Positions 1 through 13,559 of a DNA stretch of 64,000 bases are shown one piece after another. Each line of letters opens with the position of its first letter. Position 1 is the stretch's first letter. Source of the stretch: Lama guanicoe (taxonomy: Eukaryota); assembly GCA_013239625.1 (NCBI GenBank), contig MU053810.1, positions 2,243,518 to 2,307,517 on the forward strand, written 5' to 3'. The notes beneath the pieces are model-generated. The model had not been told where the DNA came from. It saw only the letters and a program-made list of their open reading frames with translations, and did no database searches. The translations under genes and the position numbers were made by a program.

Positions 1-1375
1 ACTGGTTCAGTGACAAGTCCTACTGAAGGGACAGACTGCCCAAAGGGCTTCCAGTACTAACAATGGCCCCTCAGAAAGACATTTTTATGTTAGCTTCACA
101 GATGGAGAAAAATAGTTGATCTCACTCCCTTCCTAGTATTATGAAATACAAGATTCTACATTTCAGAGTAAATGCAAAATTATAAAATAATGACTTTATG
201 AGGTGGAATACACAAAATATCATCTCCGTTGCAGTCAGTATTTGTTATTCTGTGAGCACCCAGCATCCATCATCCCTTCTTTTGGTACAACACTCTTACT
301 TTGTTTTGAAAACTCAGCTCTCCCCAACTCTTTCCAAAGGCGAGTTATATGCCTCGGAAGTGGCCAGTGTAGTGCAGCCCCTTGTCAGTAATGGGCTCAA
401 CCACGGACACGACACCCAGTCAGGGCCAGAGAGAAGCAGTGACATTGTGGGTGGGGGCCTCCCTCTCACTGAATTAACACCTACAGAGAGACACAGGCTG
501 AAGGTGCGGCAGCCACTTTTCCGCCACATGGGTCAGCCAGCCTGAAAATGAGATTGTCATGGAGACACTGGATTGAGAGTTGGAGAGAAACTGGGCCCCC
601 GCGACACCCTCTGCCTATAGGCAGTCCTGCCCCAAAACCAGTTTCACCCCTGGGCCCTTCAGGCTCCGAAGCCAACAATCCCAATATGCCACGTGGGACT
701 CAGTTTCCTGGAGCTTGCAACCAAAAAAGCCCTAATTAATATGCTCATATACATTTTGTTGGCGGATAAAATTTCTAAATGGGTTTTAGACCCTTCTAGA
801 CGGCTTTCCTCTGAGTATCATACTTTCTTCTGTCGGGCTAAGACTTAACACAGCTGTCTGTAATCAAAGCTCAATTATATACACCAACAGAAAAGTGGTT
901 CTGATCATTCTGAGCAGCGGATACCTGCAATCATCTGCGTGTGGTTTGGGAATCCACCATGTAGTTAAAGAAACAAAATGGTCATAAAATACTGTTTAAA
1001 TGTTTTTAACTGACTACTCAGATGGGAGTCCCCTTCTCCGACTGACTGCAAATAAACAGAACAATTAACCTTCAGCAAGAATTCTGTATTCCAGAATTTG
1101 CTGGGATGTCACTGTTGGAGCTGCTCATGAAAACCACACTTAATTAAGCAGAGAAAACAATAACATAACTAAAATGTTATTTAAAACAATTTTCAGAAGA
1201 GGAGATAATCCCACAAAGTGATTGAAAACAAGATAACTGTGATTTAGTTGTGCACCACTGTCTCTGTTGAAAAGGTGTTTTCTCCATTATTCTAAAAATC
1301 TAAGACCAGGAACTGGCAAGCATCCCACTTCTACTCTTTTGAATGACTTAGCACGTGGTATTTGAAAGTTCTTAC

Positions 1376-1467
1376 TGTCTCCTTCCCCAAAATCTTTCCT
1401 AGCTTTTGTTTTTTTTTCTATCCACTTTGATATTTTCTTCTTCAATCATAGTTTTGTTTAGAAATGC
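1376..1467 (-). other. candidate 92-nt non-coding exon of an unidentified minus-strand host gene
   Basis: Minus strand reads ttatttctttttgcag|GCATTTCT...GGAGACA|gtaaga, a good acceptor and donor. No recognisable coding frame; could be a pseudo-exon. Confidence 0.25.
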
Positions 1468-1619
1468 CTGCAAAAAGAAATAATAGATACATTTTCATAT
1501 CAGGACAATCAGGTCTTAAGTAAAATGCCAAGTTTTACATGGATCTGAGCGGACTGACAACAAACTTAAAATGGCTCACAGTAAGACCTCATAATACTCA
1601 CTAGAATGTTTGCCCTCTA

Positions 1620-1754
1620 CCATCACCCCTTGGCATCCAAGAGGGATTGATTCCAGGACCCTTCGTGGACACCAGAGTGTGCAGATGCTCCAGTCCATTC
1701 TAGTCACCCCTCCATACCTGTGGATGTGAACTCACAGATATGCAGGGCCAACTG
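1620..1754 (+). mobile_element. TcMar-Tigger MITE, MER2-like short derivative
   Basis: Left end ccatcaccccttggcatccaagagggattgattccaggaccc and right end cagatatgcagggccaactg resemble the MER2 terminal inverted repeats; preceded by TA. Confidence 0.75.
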
Positions 1755-1872
1755 GCATCTAATTTAAGTAAAGAATAAGGAAAATGCTAAGGCTGGAAGC
1801 TGATCTCTGGGGTCAGGAGAGACCCCACTCCCAGAGAACAGGCCTGGGGGGGAGTCAGTCAAGCTGGTGACG

Positions 1873-1995
1873 GAATCTGGGTTCTAAACTTGGAGCTGAG
1901 CCTCATAAAGCCAAGTGATCTTAGCAGGTTCCCTGAGAATTGTATTTCTTCATTTTTAAGGTGAGAAAATTAAACTACGTGATCTCAACAGGTCT
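1873..1995 (+). mobile_element. MIR SINE fragment
   Basis: Degenerate MIR core (ctgggttcta...gtgatcttagcagg...tttcttcatttttaagg). Confidence 0.45.
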
Positions 1996-2509
1996 TGGAG
2001 AATGCTAAAAACATGTGTGCTTCATTCTATAAAATCATCTAGAGAATTAACAGTGAGAATATCTTATAATAAGCACCAAATAAAAATATTATGAGTATGC
2101 TTCTATTCTAGTGGGAAAATGTGCACTAAGCTTCAATCATGGCTTAATATCAATGTATTTTACAATTCTTTTCCAAAATCATCAGTGAAGTAAAGGGTAT
2201 TTTCTGATTAACCTTTGGCTAACCGTAACACTGAACTTGGAGGAAAACCTCTTTCCTTAATCACTCCAGATCTCTATAGCAATAAACATAACAGTTGTTC
2301 TCAAATTGCCAAGAGTTGTGCCCAAAATCTCTGTTTCTAAGTATTCGCGGGCATCCAGTGATAACTAGTGCAGAGTGATGTGTACAAGGTAGAGAGAAAT
2401 TACAGTAATTGGCTCACCCAGGGACAGAACCCAAACTCTGGCCTCATTAATAAACTGAATGGGCCAACTGGGCAGTCCCACCACAAACTAATGAGACATA
2501 TGCACTTAC

Positions 2510-2587
2510 CTCTGCTATGAGAGGCTCCAGAAAAGTGCTACACGTGATATGCACAGCCAAGAAAGAAATGCCTCAACACATCAGATG
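2510..2587 (-). other. candidate 78-nt non-coding exon
   Basis: Minus strand has a consensus donor GAG|gtaagt and an acceptor tctctcttag| with a short pyrimidine tract; an alternative acceptor lies near 2699. Confidence 0.2.
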
Positions 2588-5032
2588 CTAAGAGAGACTA
2601 GCTTCTTATGGTCAACTGCTAAGTTACACTTTGGTTAATCAAGTCCTGTTTTAATTGCCTCAGGGAGCTGGTATTTAAAATTTTTATAGTAATTACTCTC
2701 TTAAAAAGAAAGTAATTTACCCTAATTTATCTATGTGGTAAATCCATGTCATTTGTCAAAAGGTAAAAATATTGAACAGCTCACCCAATTTTTACTCAAA
2801 ACCTGTAAGGAGGAAACAAAAGCACTTTCTAATTCTGAAGCTTTCCAGGCAAACATTGAAATTTTTAAATCAAACAGAAAATTTAGTTTAAAGAAAACAA
2901 ACTCTACAAATTTCTAAAAAAAAAAAGTAAAGATTATATTAAAAACGGGTACACAAAGAACACACAGTAAAAATCTAATATCAAACTTGTAAAAGCTACA
3001 CTGACTTCCACCATCATTTTAAATCAAGTTATTATGATGTTATCATGATGTTATTTCAACTTAATAACAAAATTATTAGTTTCCAAGCTATCCGAACAAC
3101 GTAGTTGTCAGTTTATTTGACAGGGTCCAAGGGACAAAACTAAATAATCTAGTGGAATAGAATGTTATTTGTATTTTTCATATAGAACAAAATAAAATTT
3201 TGAACTAAAACTATTACTTCTAGAGAGACAGCAAACTGCTAAAAATTTTCAACCTGATGAAGAAGTACATCTTTGTTTCATCACATTTTGACAAGGAGAA
3301 ATTTTTCCCTACCAAACTTTAAATGCAACTTTTTTTAAGAAGAAGAGAAGAACTGAGGATATTCTATAAGCTAAGGTCATTTTTTCCTTCTAATGTTTAC
3401 AAGGAGCCCTGGAAAACTGCCTGCCAGGCATTGCTGAGCTCCTGTCTGATGCAGCCATTCTTACCCCAGTTTTATGCTCTAAAGGAAATGCCCCCCCATT
3501 TCTATAATGCCCCCAGTCTGCCCTGGATCCTGGCAACTCCATCCTTATGGGCAAGGTGATCAAGGAAGGAAGGTGCCTTCACCCACAGAAAACTGTTTTC
3601 AGAAAATAATTGTTTTAAGCAGGCTCTGTGACATTCGAATAAGATTATCCTCATGTAAAATACCCAAGCATGGATCCACTTTATTACCATGAAATCTCAA
3701 ACTAAAGTGCTAATTAAATATCAGACAAACTTCTGCAAAATTTCTCCTTGAGTCCTGCAACTTATTGCAGTTAGTCAGAAGTGTCCATAGTAATGGAAAA
3801 ATTCTTCTGTTCTATGTGATCAAAACCAAAACAAAACAAAAAACACTTCCCACAACTACAAGCACTCATCGCTGCTAAACATACAACATTCAGGGTGGAG
3901 GGCAGCACTGAATAGATTACATGTAAGCTAGGGCTAAATTTTGTTTTTTAAAAAGCATACATCCATATATAAAAAAGACTGGAAGCAAAATAAAAACATT
4001 GATACATTAGATCACCTCTAGGTTACTTCAGATTTTGATTTCCATTATTACTACCATGAAATTCTTCGTGTGATATATTAAAAGTGTAAACACACATCCC
4101 TTCAGGTAAGGGTAACTGCATATTCTGGGGCCAGAGGCATTACAAGCATGGAGAATGGAACTTGCTCTAAAGGGGAGGGCAGAGGACACTAAAGCAGGTG
4201 AAGTGCTCAGTGAGGGATCCCCAACCGTATAATATGTACCATATATATTATTCACACAAAGCAATCCACATATACAAATACGGATTAATCTACATAATCC
4301 ATATAACAAAAATATATGTATATCTAATAATTAATATATGATATACATAATTAATGCAAAGCAACCCAACAGTTCAAAAGTTGATTCAGTTGTTGTAATA
4401 ACCAGATTAGCCCATCCAAAAGCAAATACAAATTTTAAAATAGGGCTAAAAGTAGTGGAAATGTCACATATCTTATTGACCTAAGCAAAATAATTAAGCT
4501 GAACATAAATTCAATAACTATTCTCATCATTTCAAAATTCTCAAAGTACTTTTGGGTTAGATCCTAATGGAGGCAACTTAATATTAGGATTACAAGCAGC
4601 CTGGCCAGTCTCTTTCCAAGCATGTGGGCACTGCCATGGTTTAATAGCATAAGCGATGGCTTAAGGAAGATTAAATTAAATGGTATCTAAAATCTTTCAA
4701 AAATAAATTGTTTGTTCTCTGCTTATCTGACTGTATCAAAACACAGATATACACATACATGATTTATGGGTTCCTGAAGTAAACTAGCATCAAATCATAA
4801 TGAGCAAGTCAAAGCTTCTTAATTTCATTCATGTATTTACAAATTCATTTTTTAACAGCTCAATAACTTTATTTTAATATAATTTATTTCCTTGTAATCC
4901 ACTGTATTTTTTGCAATTAAAAACTTTTTTTTTTTCTAAAAAGGGAGACCATAAGCCTCACCAAAGTGTCAATGGGGCCCATGACACACAAAAATGTTAA
5001 AAGCCCCTTCTCTGGAATGCAGCAGTACTTGC

Positions 5033-5381
5033 TGCTGTGGCCTGAGTGTTTGTGCCCTCCTAAAATTCGCATATTGAAGTCCAGTCCCCAGTGTGACAGT
5101 ACTGGGAGGTGAGGCCTTTCTGGAGGCCGCAAAGGTGGACCCTTCATGAATGGGAGGTGAGCGTTCTTACAAGAAGGCCAGAGAGCTAGTGCTCTCTCTC
5201 CACCAGGTGAGAACACACAGAGAAGACGGGCCTCTGTGAACCAGGAAGCAGGTGCTCACTAGGCACAAGATCTGCCAGCACCTTGGTCTCTGACCTCCCA
5301 GCCTCTGGAACTGTGAGAAATCACTGCTTGCTGTTTAAGCCACCCAGTCCATGGATTGGTTATAGCAGCCCAAACTGAGAT
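5033..5381 (+). mobile_element. ERVL-MaLR solo LTR, MLT1A-like
   Basis: Begins tgctgtggcctgagtgtttgtgccctcc; ends with the MLT1 3' motif ccagcctctggaactgtgagaaat...tttaagccacccagt...gttatagcagccc. Confidence 0.85.
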
Positions 5382-6350
5382 GCTGATCTTCAAGCCAAAG
5401 AAATCTCAGAGTATTAACTCCACGTAGACAGAGAATTTATACAAGTCAAATAAAATCACTCACCAAATCGAGCTTAGCCAGCCTAGAAAATAAGTTTTCT
5501 TCCAATCTCACCCCTAGTGTGACTTGCTCACTAATCTCTGGCCGGAGACACTACTCACCACTTTCTGCTGTGTCAGTACTTATAAGCCTCTGCAGGTTAG
5601 TCACCTCTTCTCTGGTTTTCTGATTACCAGTCTGGCCGCTGCATCCTCTCCAGATTCTCCTGGACTCCTCCAAACAGCTCTCTTTCCTTCCCCGACCTCG
5701 CTTCCTGCCACACATCTGGGCGCTCTGGTTGGCACGTCCAGAGAATCCTGTCCATCAATTACACACTTCTTCATACAGCAAATTAGCATCCCTAACACAC
5801 TCTTACATTTGGCAGCTCTTCCCCACAGGGACACGGGGGCTATAATCTAACATCCAAGACATATAGAGGGGATTTGGGATATTTCCTCACAGGTTCATTG
5901 AACAAATTTCTCTGCCGTGAATGAAGTGTTCTAGACTTCAGCCCCATTACTAAGTGGGGAATTCCGTCTCTGACTTAATGAAAAGCTTCTATAGTAGATT
6001 TTTTTAATGGTGGATTTATGACTGCCAAACCCTAAAGGAAATCACACAATGCTAATCAGCTTGATGGAAAAGAAGAATGTTGAATTAAGTAGAATTGTAC
6101 ATAAATAGATGATTCTAAAGTTTGAGAATTTTTTAACTTAGTGATATAAACACTGCCATATTGTGAAACTGATAAACCAGTTTAGTCAAACTGATTATCA
6201 CAAATTTTGGGTAAGCGTAACCTAAATCAATGAGATTTTGATGTTGAAAAAAATTTACCTGATATTTCTTTTGGGGGGATGTTTTGAAGAAAGTACCCCA
6301 TTGAGAAATATATGCCTATAAAGCCAGAGGTTCTTCTGCAGTTCTGTTTT

Positions 6351-7685
6351 TTGTTTGTCTGTTTGTTTTGTTTTTTAAACATTTTTTACTGAGTTATAGT
6401 TATTTTACAATGTTGTGTCAAATTTTTTCAGTTATACATGAACATACATACATTCATTGTCACATTCTCTTTCCCTGTGAGCCACCACAAGATCCTGGAT
6501 GTATTTCCCTGTGCTACATAGTACAATCTTGTTTATCTATTCAACATTTTGAAATCCTAGTCTGTCCCTTCCCACCCCTCATCCCCCTGGCAACTACAAG
6601 TTTGTATTGTATGTCTATGAGTCTGTTTCTGTTTTGTATTTCTGTTTTGTTTTTTTAGATTCCACATATAAGCGATCTCATATGGTATTTTTCTTTCTCT
6701 TTCTGGCTTACTTCACTTAGAATGACATTCTCCAGGAACATCCATGTTGCTGCAAATGGCGTTATGTTGTCAGTTTTTATGGCTGAATAGTATTCCATTG
6801 TATAAATATATCACAGCTTCTTTTTCCAGTCATCTGTTGATGGACATTTAGGCTGTTCCCATGTCTTGGCTATTGTAAATAGTGCTGCTATGAACATTGG
6901 GATGCAGGTGTCATTATGAAGCAGGGTTCCTTCTGGATATATGCCCAGGAGCGGGATTCCTGGGTCATATGGTGAGTCTATTCCTAGTCTTTTGAGGAAT
7001 CTCCACACTGTTTTCCACAGTGGCTGCACCAAACTGCATTCCCACCAGCAGTGTAGGAGGGTTCCCTTTTCTCCATAGCCTCTCCAGCATTTGTCATTTG
7101 TGGACTTTTGAATGATGGCCATTCTGACTGGTGTGAGGTGAGACCTCATCATAGTTTTGATTTGCATTTCTCTGATAATTAGTGATATTGAGCATTTTTT
7201 GATGTGCCTATTGATCATTTGTATTTCTTCCTTGGAGAATTGCTTGTTTAGGTCTTCTGCCCATTTTTGGATTGGGTTGTTTTTTTTTTTTTCTTATTAA
7301 GTCATATGAGCTGCTTGTATATTCTGGAGATCAAGCCTTTGTCGGTTTCATTTGTAAAAATTTTCTCCCATTCCGTAGGTTGTGGTTTTGTTTCACTTAT
7401 GGTTTCCTTTGCTGTGCAGAAGCTTCTAAGTTTCATTTGGTCCCATTTGTTTATTCATGCTTTTATTTCTATTGCTTGGGTAGACTGCCCTAGGAGAGCA
7501 TTTTTGAGATGTATGTCAGATAATGTTTTGCCTATGTTTTCTTCTAGGAAGTTTATTGTATCTTGTCTTATGTTTAAGTCTTTGATCCATTTTGAGTTTA
7601 TTTTTGTGTATGGGGTAAGGGAGTGTTCTAGCTTCACTGATTTACATGCTGCTGTCCAGTTTTCCCAACACCATTTGCTGAAGAG
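6351..7685 (-). mobile_element. young 5'-truncated LINE-1 (ORF2 C-terminus, 3'UTR, A-rich tail) with 14-bp TSD
   Basis: ORFs 6811-7218 and 7455-7637 are L1 ORF2 ([34 protein letters not shown]). Premature TGA at 6811-6813; native stop at 6656-6658. Perfect TSD tgcagttctgtttt at 6337-6350 and 7686-7699. Confidence 0.97.
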
Positions 7686-7732
7686 TGCAGTTCTGTTTTA
7701 TATTAAGGCTCACGTTTTTAAAAAAAAGTAAT

Positions 7733-7832
7733 TGGGGATTGTGCTCTACAGTGGAATCTGACACAGCATTGTAAAATGACTATTACTCAATAAAAAAAGT
7801 TTAAAAAATAAATAAATGAATGAATAAATAAT
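7733..7832 (+). mobile_element. extremely truncated LINE-1 3' end (~100 bp) with TSD
   Basis: tgacacagcattgtaaaatgactattactcaataaaaaaagtttaaaaaa matches the reverse complement of the L1 terminus at ~6372-6420. TSD aaaaaaaagtaat at 7720-7732 and 7833-7845; TTTT/AAAA target. Confidence 0.85.
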
Positions 7833-7989
7833 AAAAAAAAGTAATGGGATAAATTACCTTAACTTTTACTTTATAAAAATTACTATAGTAATTAATAGTA
7901 ATTAAAGGTTGGTTTCAAAGAAGATACTATGAATTTATATGGACATTTTTCATGCTTATGACTATCTGGTGTCTTTTGAACAACTACTC

Positions 7990-8465
7990 AAGTTTCAGTA
8001 ATTTTCCACATTTTAAGTCTTGCTTTCACAAGGCAGAAGCCATAAACTCACTTTCTCAGCCTCCCTTGCAGCTAGGATATGGGCATGTGACCCAGGCACC
8101 CCAATCAGATATACCCAGAAGAGCCCTTCATTCAGGAGAGAACTTGAGGAAACAATCTTCTTTCTGATAAGGGTGATGACAAAGGTTCCTGGACTCGGGA
8201 CTCAGAGGCAGAGGTTCTAGGGTCCAGTAGCCCATTAAGGCAGCAGGAGCCATGAGGTCCCATCAGCAGATATAAAGGAGTCCGTGCTGATATAGGCATG
8301 GTTCACTCTGAGAACACTGTTCCTGGCAGCTTAGCCTCCAGACTTCTCTCTCCTGTCCTCACCTTCAGCTGCCTTCTGTGAACCACCTCATATTGTCTAC
8401 TAAACTTATTTTCTCCCTAAACCACAGTGAAATTAATTACATGCAACTAAAAAACTCTGACAAAA
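7990..8465 (+). mobile_element. ERVL solo LTR, LTR33-like
   Basis: Core ctcagcctcccttgcagctagg...gcatgtgacccagg...ccaatcagat, and 3' end tgcaactaaaaaactctgac. Confidence 0.7.
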
Positions 8466-8787
8466 TTTTTGAGTCATTTAAATTTCCTTTTTAAAAACAA
8501 TCAAAAAGCCTACATAAAGTTTTAAAATATGTAAAATCCCCCAAATACATAAGTATGAGTGTCTAATTATATTAATATTTAAGAGAATATATTCATGCAA
8601 CTTCTGGTCATGAAATGTCACCAGCAAATGGCATCACTGCATTGTAACCAAAGGATATCATTAAGTCATGAATGACACAACATTGATTCAGATCCTATGA
8701 AGGGTGTAGAAACAAGAATCGAATGTAAAAGGAGCCTGTTAACCCAAATGAAACTCCTAGGAAGGCAGGATTTTTTTTTTGTAAGAA

Positions 8788-9226
8788 TGCACATCTATTA
8801 GCTATTTCCACAATTACGCTGCATAACAAATCCATCCAAAAGTCAGTGGCTTATAATCCTAAGCATTTATTTCTCTTGCTCACAGGTCTGCAAGTCACAG
8901 TGTGCTTGGCCCTAGGTTTCAGATGGGGCTCACTTCTGTTCCACGTGTCTCCACATCTCCTCAGGTCAGCAGCAGCCCAGAATACGTTCTCCCATAGTGG
9001 GTGCAGGAGCATCAGAGGCCAACCACGGGAGCATCCCTAAGATCTGCACAGCCACCATGTCTGCTCTAAGTCCACTGACTGCCATGAGTCCCATGGTCAC
9101 GCCCAACATCAGTGGGGCAATAGTACCTCATCTAATGGAAGGTCCTACAAAGTCACAGGGAAAGGTGTGGGCATGCAATTCTAACAGGAAGAGCTGAAGA
9201 ATGGAGGATAACACTGCAACGAACCA
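8788..9226 (-). mobile_element. ERVL-MaLR solo LTR, old MLT1 (I/J-like)
   Basis: gctgcataacaaa...ccaaaagtcagtggctta...agcatttatt...gctcacaggtctgca; later agtcccatggtcacgcccaacatcagtggggc. Confidence 0.75.
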
Positions 9227-11964
9227 AGAAGTCACCCCCTCCCTACTCTCGGGCACTGCCACCCTAATTAACTCTATAAAGGGCAAAATATATTCGCTTA
9301 TCATGGCTTAACAGGCTTCAGCCTCATATCACTCACCCGCCCTCCCTCACCTTGGCCGATCACAACGCGTATTCTGCGTAAAGACTGCACCAGCACGTTG
9401 TCATGTTAAACGATACCCACAGAAACACCTGCACTGGTCTCACAGCAGAATCACCTCACAGCAAACACAATAAATATTACATATCTCCAATTACCAAACC
9501 TCAGAAGGCAAAGTGATTCTTCCCATCCAGTAATTCAAACTGCCTTTCAGTCCAGCCAGTGAAATCACATTTTCCCACATTTTGAACTGCACTGACCTAA
9601 ACAGAATATACCTTGTCACTAAGTTATTTGTTTGATGTCATACCTAATTGCTCTCTTTAGTTCCTCCATGTGCGGTCAATTTATCAGACAAAATGTATCT
9701 GAGCTTGAAACAGACTCCACGTAAGAGGAGCTAGAGACAAAGTACGGCTAAGCCATCTCCAGAGGGATCTCTCACTGAATTTAATCTATGGAATCACGCC
9801 TACAATATACATTCATCCAAGCCCCTAAAATCACTGCAGAAATTGGTGAATAGGAAGATGATTGAAGTGTAACCGGTTCAATGCCTTTTTGCCTACAGAA
9901 TTCAGACAAGATAATTGGTTTCATTGGCCATAATAATCTAAGAAGCCAAACTTCATAAAAGTAATTAGCAAGTGGTGCTTCACTTACAAACGCCTCTCCT
10001 GACAGCCAACCACAGACACTTATCTTGGGTTGGAGAAACCTGAGGCCACTGGGAACCCCTCACCTTTGAAGCAAAGGCCGAATCAGGACAGGGAAATGCG
10101 AAAGGAAAATACTCTTGAAAAGAAAGGGTTATTCCCCTCTGAAAGATGCCCAGCACTTCCCAGGAACGGAACAGAAGCGCAGGGCTGACAGAGCCTGCAG
10201 CACGTATATCAGAAAAAATGACGTTTACGGTCCCCGGGGGTGGGGACAATGAGCCCTGTCTCCTTGGGAAGGAAAGATGTTAGTAATGGTATCAGATGTG
10301 AAGGTAGCGTCTTGACCACCCTGCCAGCGAGACAAAAGGAACAGGACAGGAACTGTCATTCTGGTGCAAGATTAAAGCTGCCACACAGAAGAAAAAGGGA
10401 CCCTGAGCCTGAGCAAGGCCTAAAAAGTAAAGGTGTTCTGGTTCCTGTGCAGTTATGAAGGGCTTGGTGGCAGCACCGCGCGCTGAGGAATACCAATGAG
10501 CGGCGCTATGGTAACGGAGGAGACAAATATATCAGGAAGATAAATAGGAAGATGCTGTGGAAGCGAAATGAATTCCCAACTTTCCTGTTCTATATTTTTG
10601 TAAACTGTTGCTAATAACCCCTACACATCAAAACATCCTTGACTTTTTTTTTTTCAATTTCCACAACCTACTTTTATGGTTTATTTCTGAGCAGTTTTCA
10701 CACATTCTAAAGCTGACACAGCTGTTTGGAAGCTCGCTCTCTCTGCAAATGTTGCTCGGTTTGAAAATAATTATTTCTGAGTGGATAAGGCGAGCTCTGA
10801 GCTAGATGCTGTGAGCAGCAATTCTTACTGCTGTCTCAACCCACTTACTCTTTGTGGTACTAATTCTTTTTCCTTCACAGCATATTAAAAAAAAACACAC
10901 ACACTTCCATTTTTAATCTTAAGAAGGGAGCACTCCCCTCCCCATGACCAGCTTCGTTTACACAACTCATCTCTGCCAGCAGGATGGGAGAACAGCTCCC
11001 TCTGGCTCGTAACTCAGCCAAGACTAACAGGGCGTCTGTGGGCCATTCACACTCATCATCAACCTTGGAAGGTAGAGACTTCTAGATGCCTCTTCCATGG
11101 AACCACACAAAATCAGCTCAGGTACCGCTATCGTCAGTGCATTGTCATGGCTCAGGGCTTTAGAATTACTGTGTAACACCCAGGCTGTAAAAGACATTTC
11201 CTTTCCAAAGGAGTCGACTCCACATCACATATACCAAAACTGCTGGGCCTTCTCGCAAAACTGAGACCTGCCATTCAGAATGCCTTTTGGCAGGAATATA
11301 CTTCTGCTTGATTTGTTCAACAAAATGGTACTATTTTAACCCTTGCTCTTGGTTTAAGTCATGGAAACACACAAGAAGCAGCGGACGGGTCTTAATCATA
11401 TTGATAATACCTTATGGTTTGTCAAAGGTTTCCACAGATTTAAAAAATAACCTTACTTGTTTTTATTTTGTTTTAACTTTCTCCTTAAAATTCCACTAAT
11501 TCAACAACTCACCAAAAAGTAGACAGACACTCCTTTATTGAAAGAAACAATTCAAGTCGTGAGAAGTTACTGACTGATTTATCTTTTCTCTAATAATCTC
11601 TCCTGAGACCAGTAACATTCTCTAAATTCTCAAATTATTACAGTTCCTTGGATATTTTCCATGAGCTAATAGATTATTTAGGCATTCACGATACATTATT
11701 TAATAAATAACTTGACTATTTTTATAAATCAAGATTTCACTAAGCTTTAAAAAGATGAGCAAGTTAATAGCTTTTCCCCCCTTTTTCCTTTTTTAGCTTT
11801 GGAAGCAGTAGCACCAGGAACACTCAAATATGCCCTAGACTGTCCCCATAATGTGGTTCTCCCGCTTCACTTTAAACCACTTTCCTGTCAAGCCCATTGC
11901 CCTGCCCCACTGGACTGCTCGGTCCTCAGACACACATCATCCCAGCTGATCTCTCAACATCCAC

Positions 11965-12090
11965 GTTTGTATTTATTATCACCACATTTTGCAGAAATGG
12001 ACTCAAAACGTAAAATATTTCCCAAAGTCATATAGCTAGCAAGTCATAGCCAGCATTTTCACCCAGATTTGAATCCATGCTCTTTCAACT
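11965..12090 (-). mobile_element. MIR SINE fragment
   Basis: attatcaccacattttgcaga...cccaaagtcatatagctagcaagt. Confidence 0.6.
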
Positions 12091-12294
12091 CTACCTTCCG
12101 TGTTCCCTATACCAAGTTTCAGGAGCGAGCTGTCTCCAGGAAGTGAGGCCAACTAACAAGGTTTGGGGATGTTACTTCCAGAATGCTTTTTTGCTTATAA
12201 GCCCTATCCTGCTTCCAAAATTAAAGAAAACAGCTGTCATTTTCAAAATTGATCAGTATCACACTACGGACAGTGAGTGTCCTGGAAAAAGTGA

Positions 12295-12535
12295 CTATAG
12301 TTAACATTTACGGGGTGCCTGCCATGTGCCAAGACCTGTACTGGGCCATCTGGCTCGATATATCATCACTAACCTCATGGTAACCTACAAAGAGAGAGAG
12401 AAAAATCACCATTGAAAAATGAAAAAAAAATGAGAGTTTAAGAAACCTGTCCAAGACCACATAGTGTTAAGTGGTGGAGACAAACTGAAACCCAAGTTTA
12501 ACTCACTCCAAACCCTTACTCTTCCCTTCACATTC
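12295..12535 (-). mobile_element. MIR SINE
   Basis: taacattta...gtgcctgccatgtgcca...tgtccaagaccacatag...taagtggtggag...tgaaacccaag. Confidence 0.7.
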
Positions 12536-13559
12536 CACTGGCTCTCAGTGGCTTACACTGTCTAGTGGTCAACCTTCTAACCGAGCCGTTGAACTGCCTG
12601 AGGTACCTTCTCGAAAGTGTTGTAGCAATCACCTTTCAAATGACCTAAAATCACCCAAAGTTTCACAAGGGTATTTTTTATATCACTCAATATCAAGACT
12701 AAATGGCAAAGCTAAAGAAATCTGAAGAGCAGTCAACCCCCCAAACTAATTATTTTTGTGCTAAGATTCCCCTCTGCTCTCTTTCTCTCTGTGTAAGCCC
12801 CAGAACAAATTCTGAAATGTGTGTGCAATCAATCACCGCCTTGGCCATTTTGCAAAACAAATGTTCAAACTGGACAATAATTCATTCTGTGTAACTATAA
12901 TAACACTCGCGTAACTTATCCACGCGTCCTAAATGTTTTCTTTCCAAAACCCAATCCTTCTATATTACAAGTGAACATGGTTTTAGAAAGCTTTAGTCAC
13001 TAATAACTGGCTTTCTCCTGAATGCCACTGTTCATCCATCTGTAAGGAAGTCAGTTCCCCTTAAATAATCGCCAAGCACTTCAAGTCAGTGCTAATCCTG
13101 AACTCACTCACTCTCAATCCTTCAGTCCTTCAGACATTAGTTGTGGGATCACAAAGGCACTGGACCCCTGAGCAATCGATCTCTGAACACACGCATGACA
13201 ACAGTCCCAGTGACTCAGGACTAGGAGTCTCAAAGGCCTCAGCCACCCTGGACTCCGTCTCCAGGGGCACAACCAAGGGGCGCAGGACAGGGAGGCAAGT
13301 GGCCAAAATCTCCATCAGACAACCCCCTACCACTGCAAACCACACCAAACCAACACACAATCTCAGTCAAAACAGCAACTTCCTGTGTGAACACAGCAGC
13401 CAGCCACGCTGCCCAAAGGCCTCTCCCCACTTCCAACTGGTTTGCCAATTGGAAAGTTCCTCCCACAGAATCTTGAGAGCCTGACACCGTCCCTCTCACA
13501 TACAGTCACTCTTTCTAACATGCCTCCTTTCTAGTTCTCTCTCCCTCCCTTTCCACTCC

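Noticed and set aside
7267..7731. 154-aa hydrophobic ORF
   Set aside because: It is the antisense reading of L1 ORF2.
8618..8640. CTCF-like ccagcaaatggcatca (similar partial matches near 16785, 44125 and 60058)
   Set aside because: Mismatches at core positions; partial matches like these are expected by chance in 64 kb.
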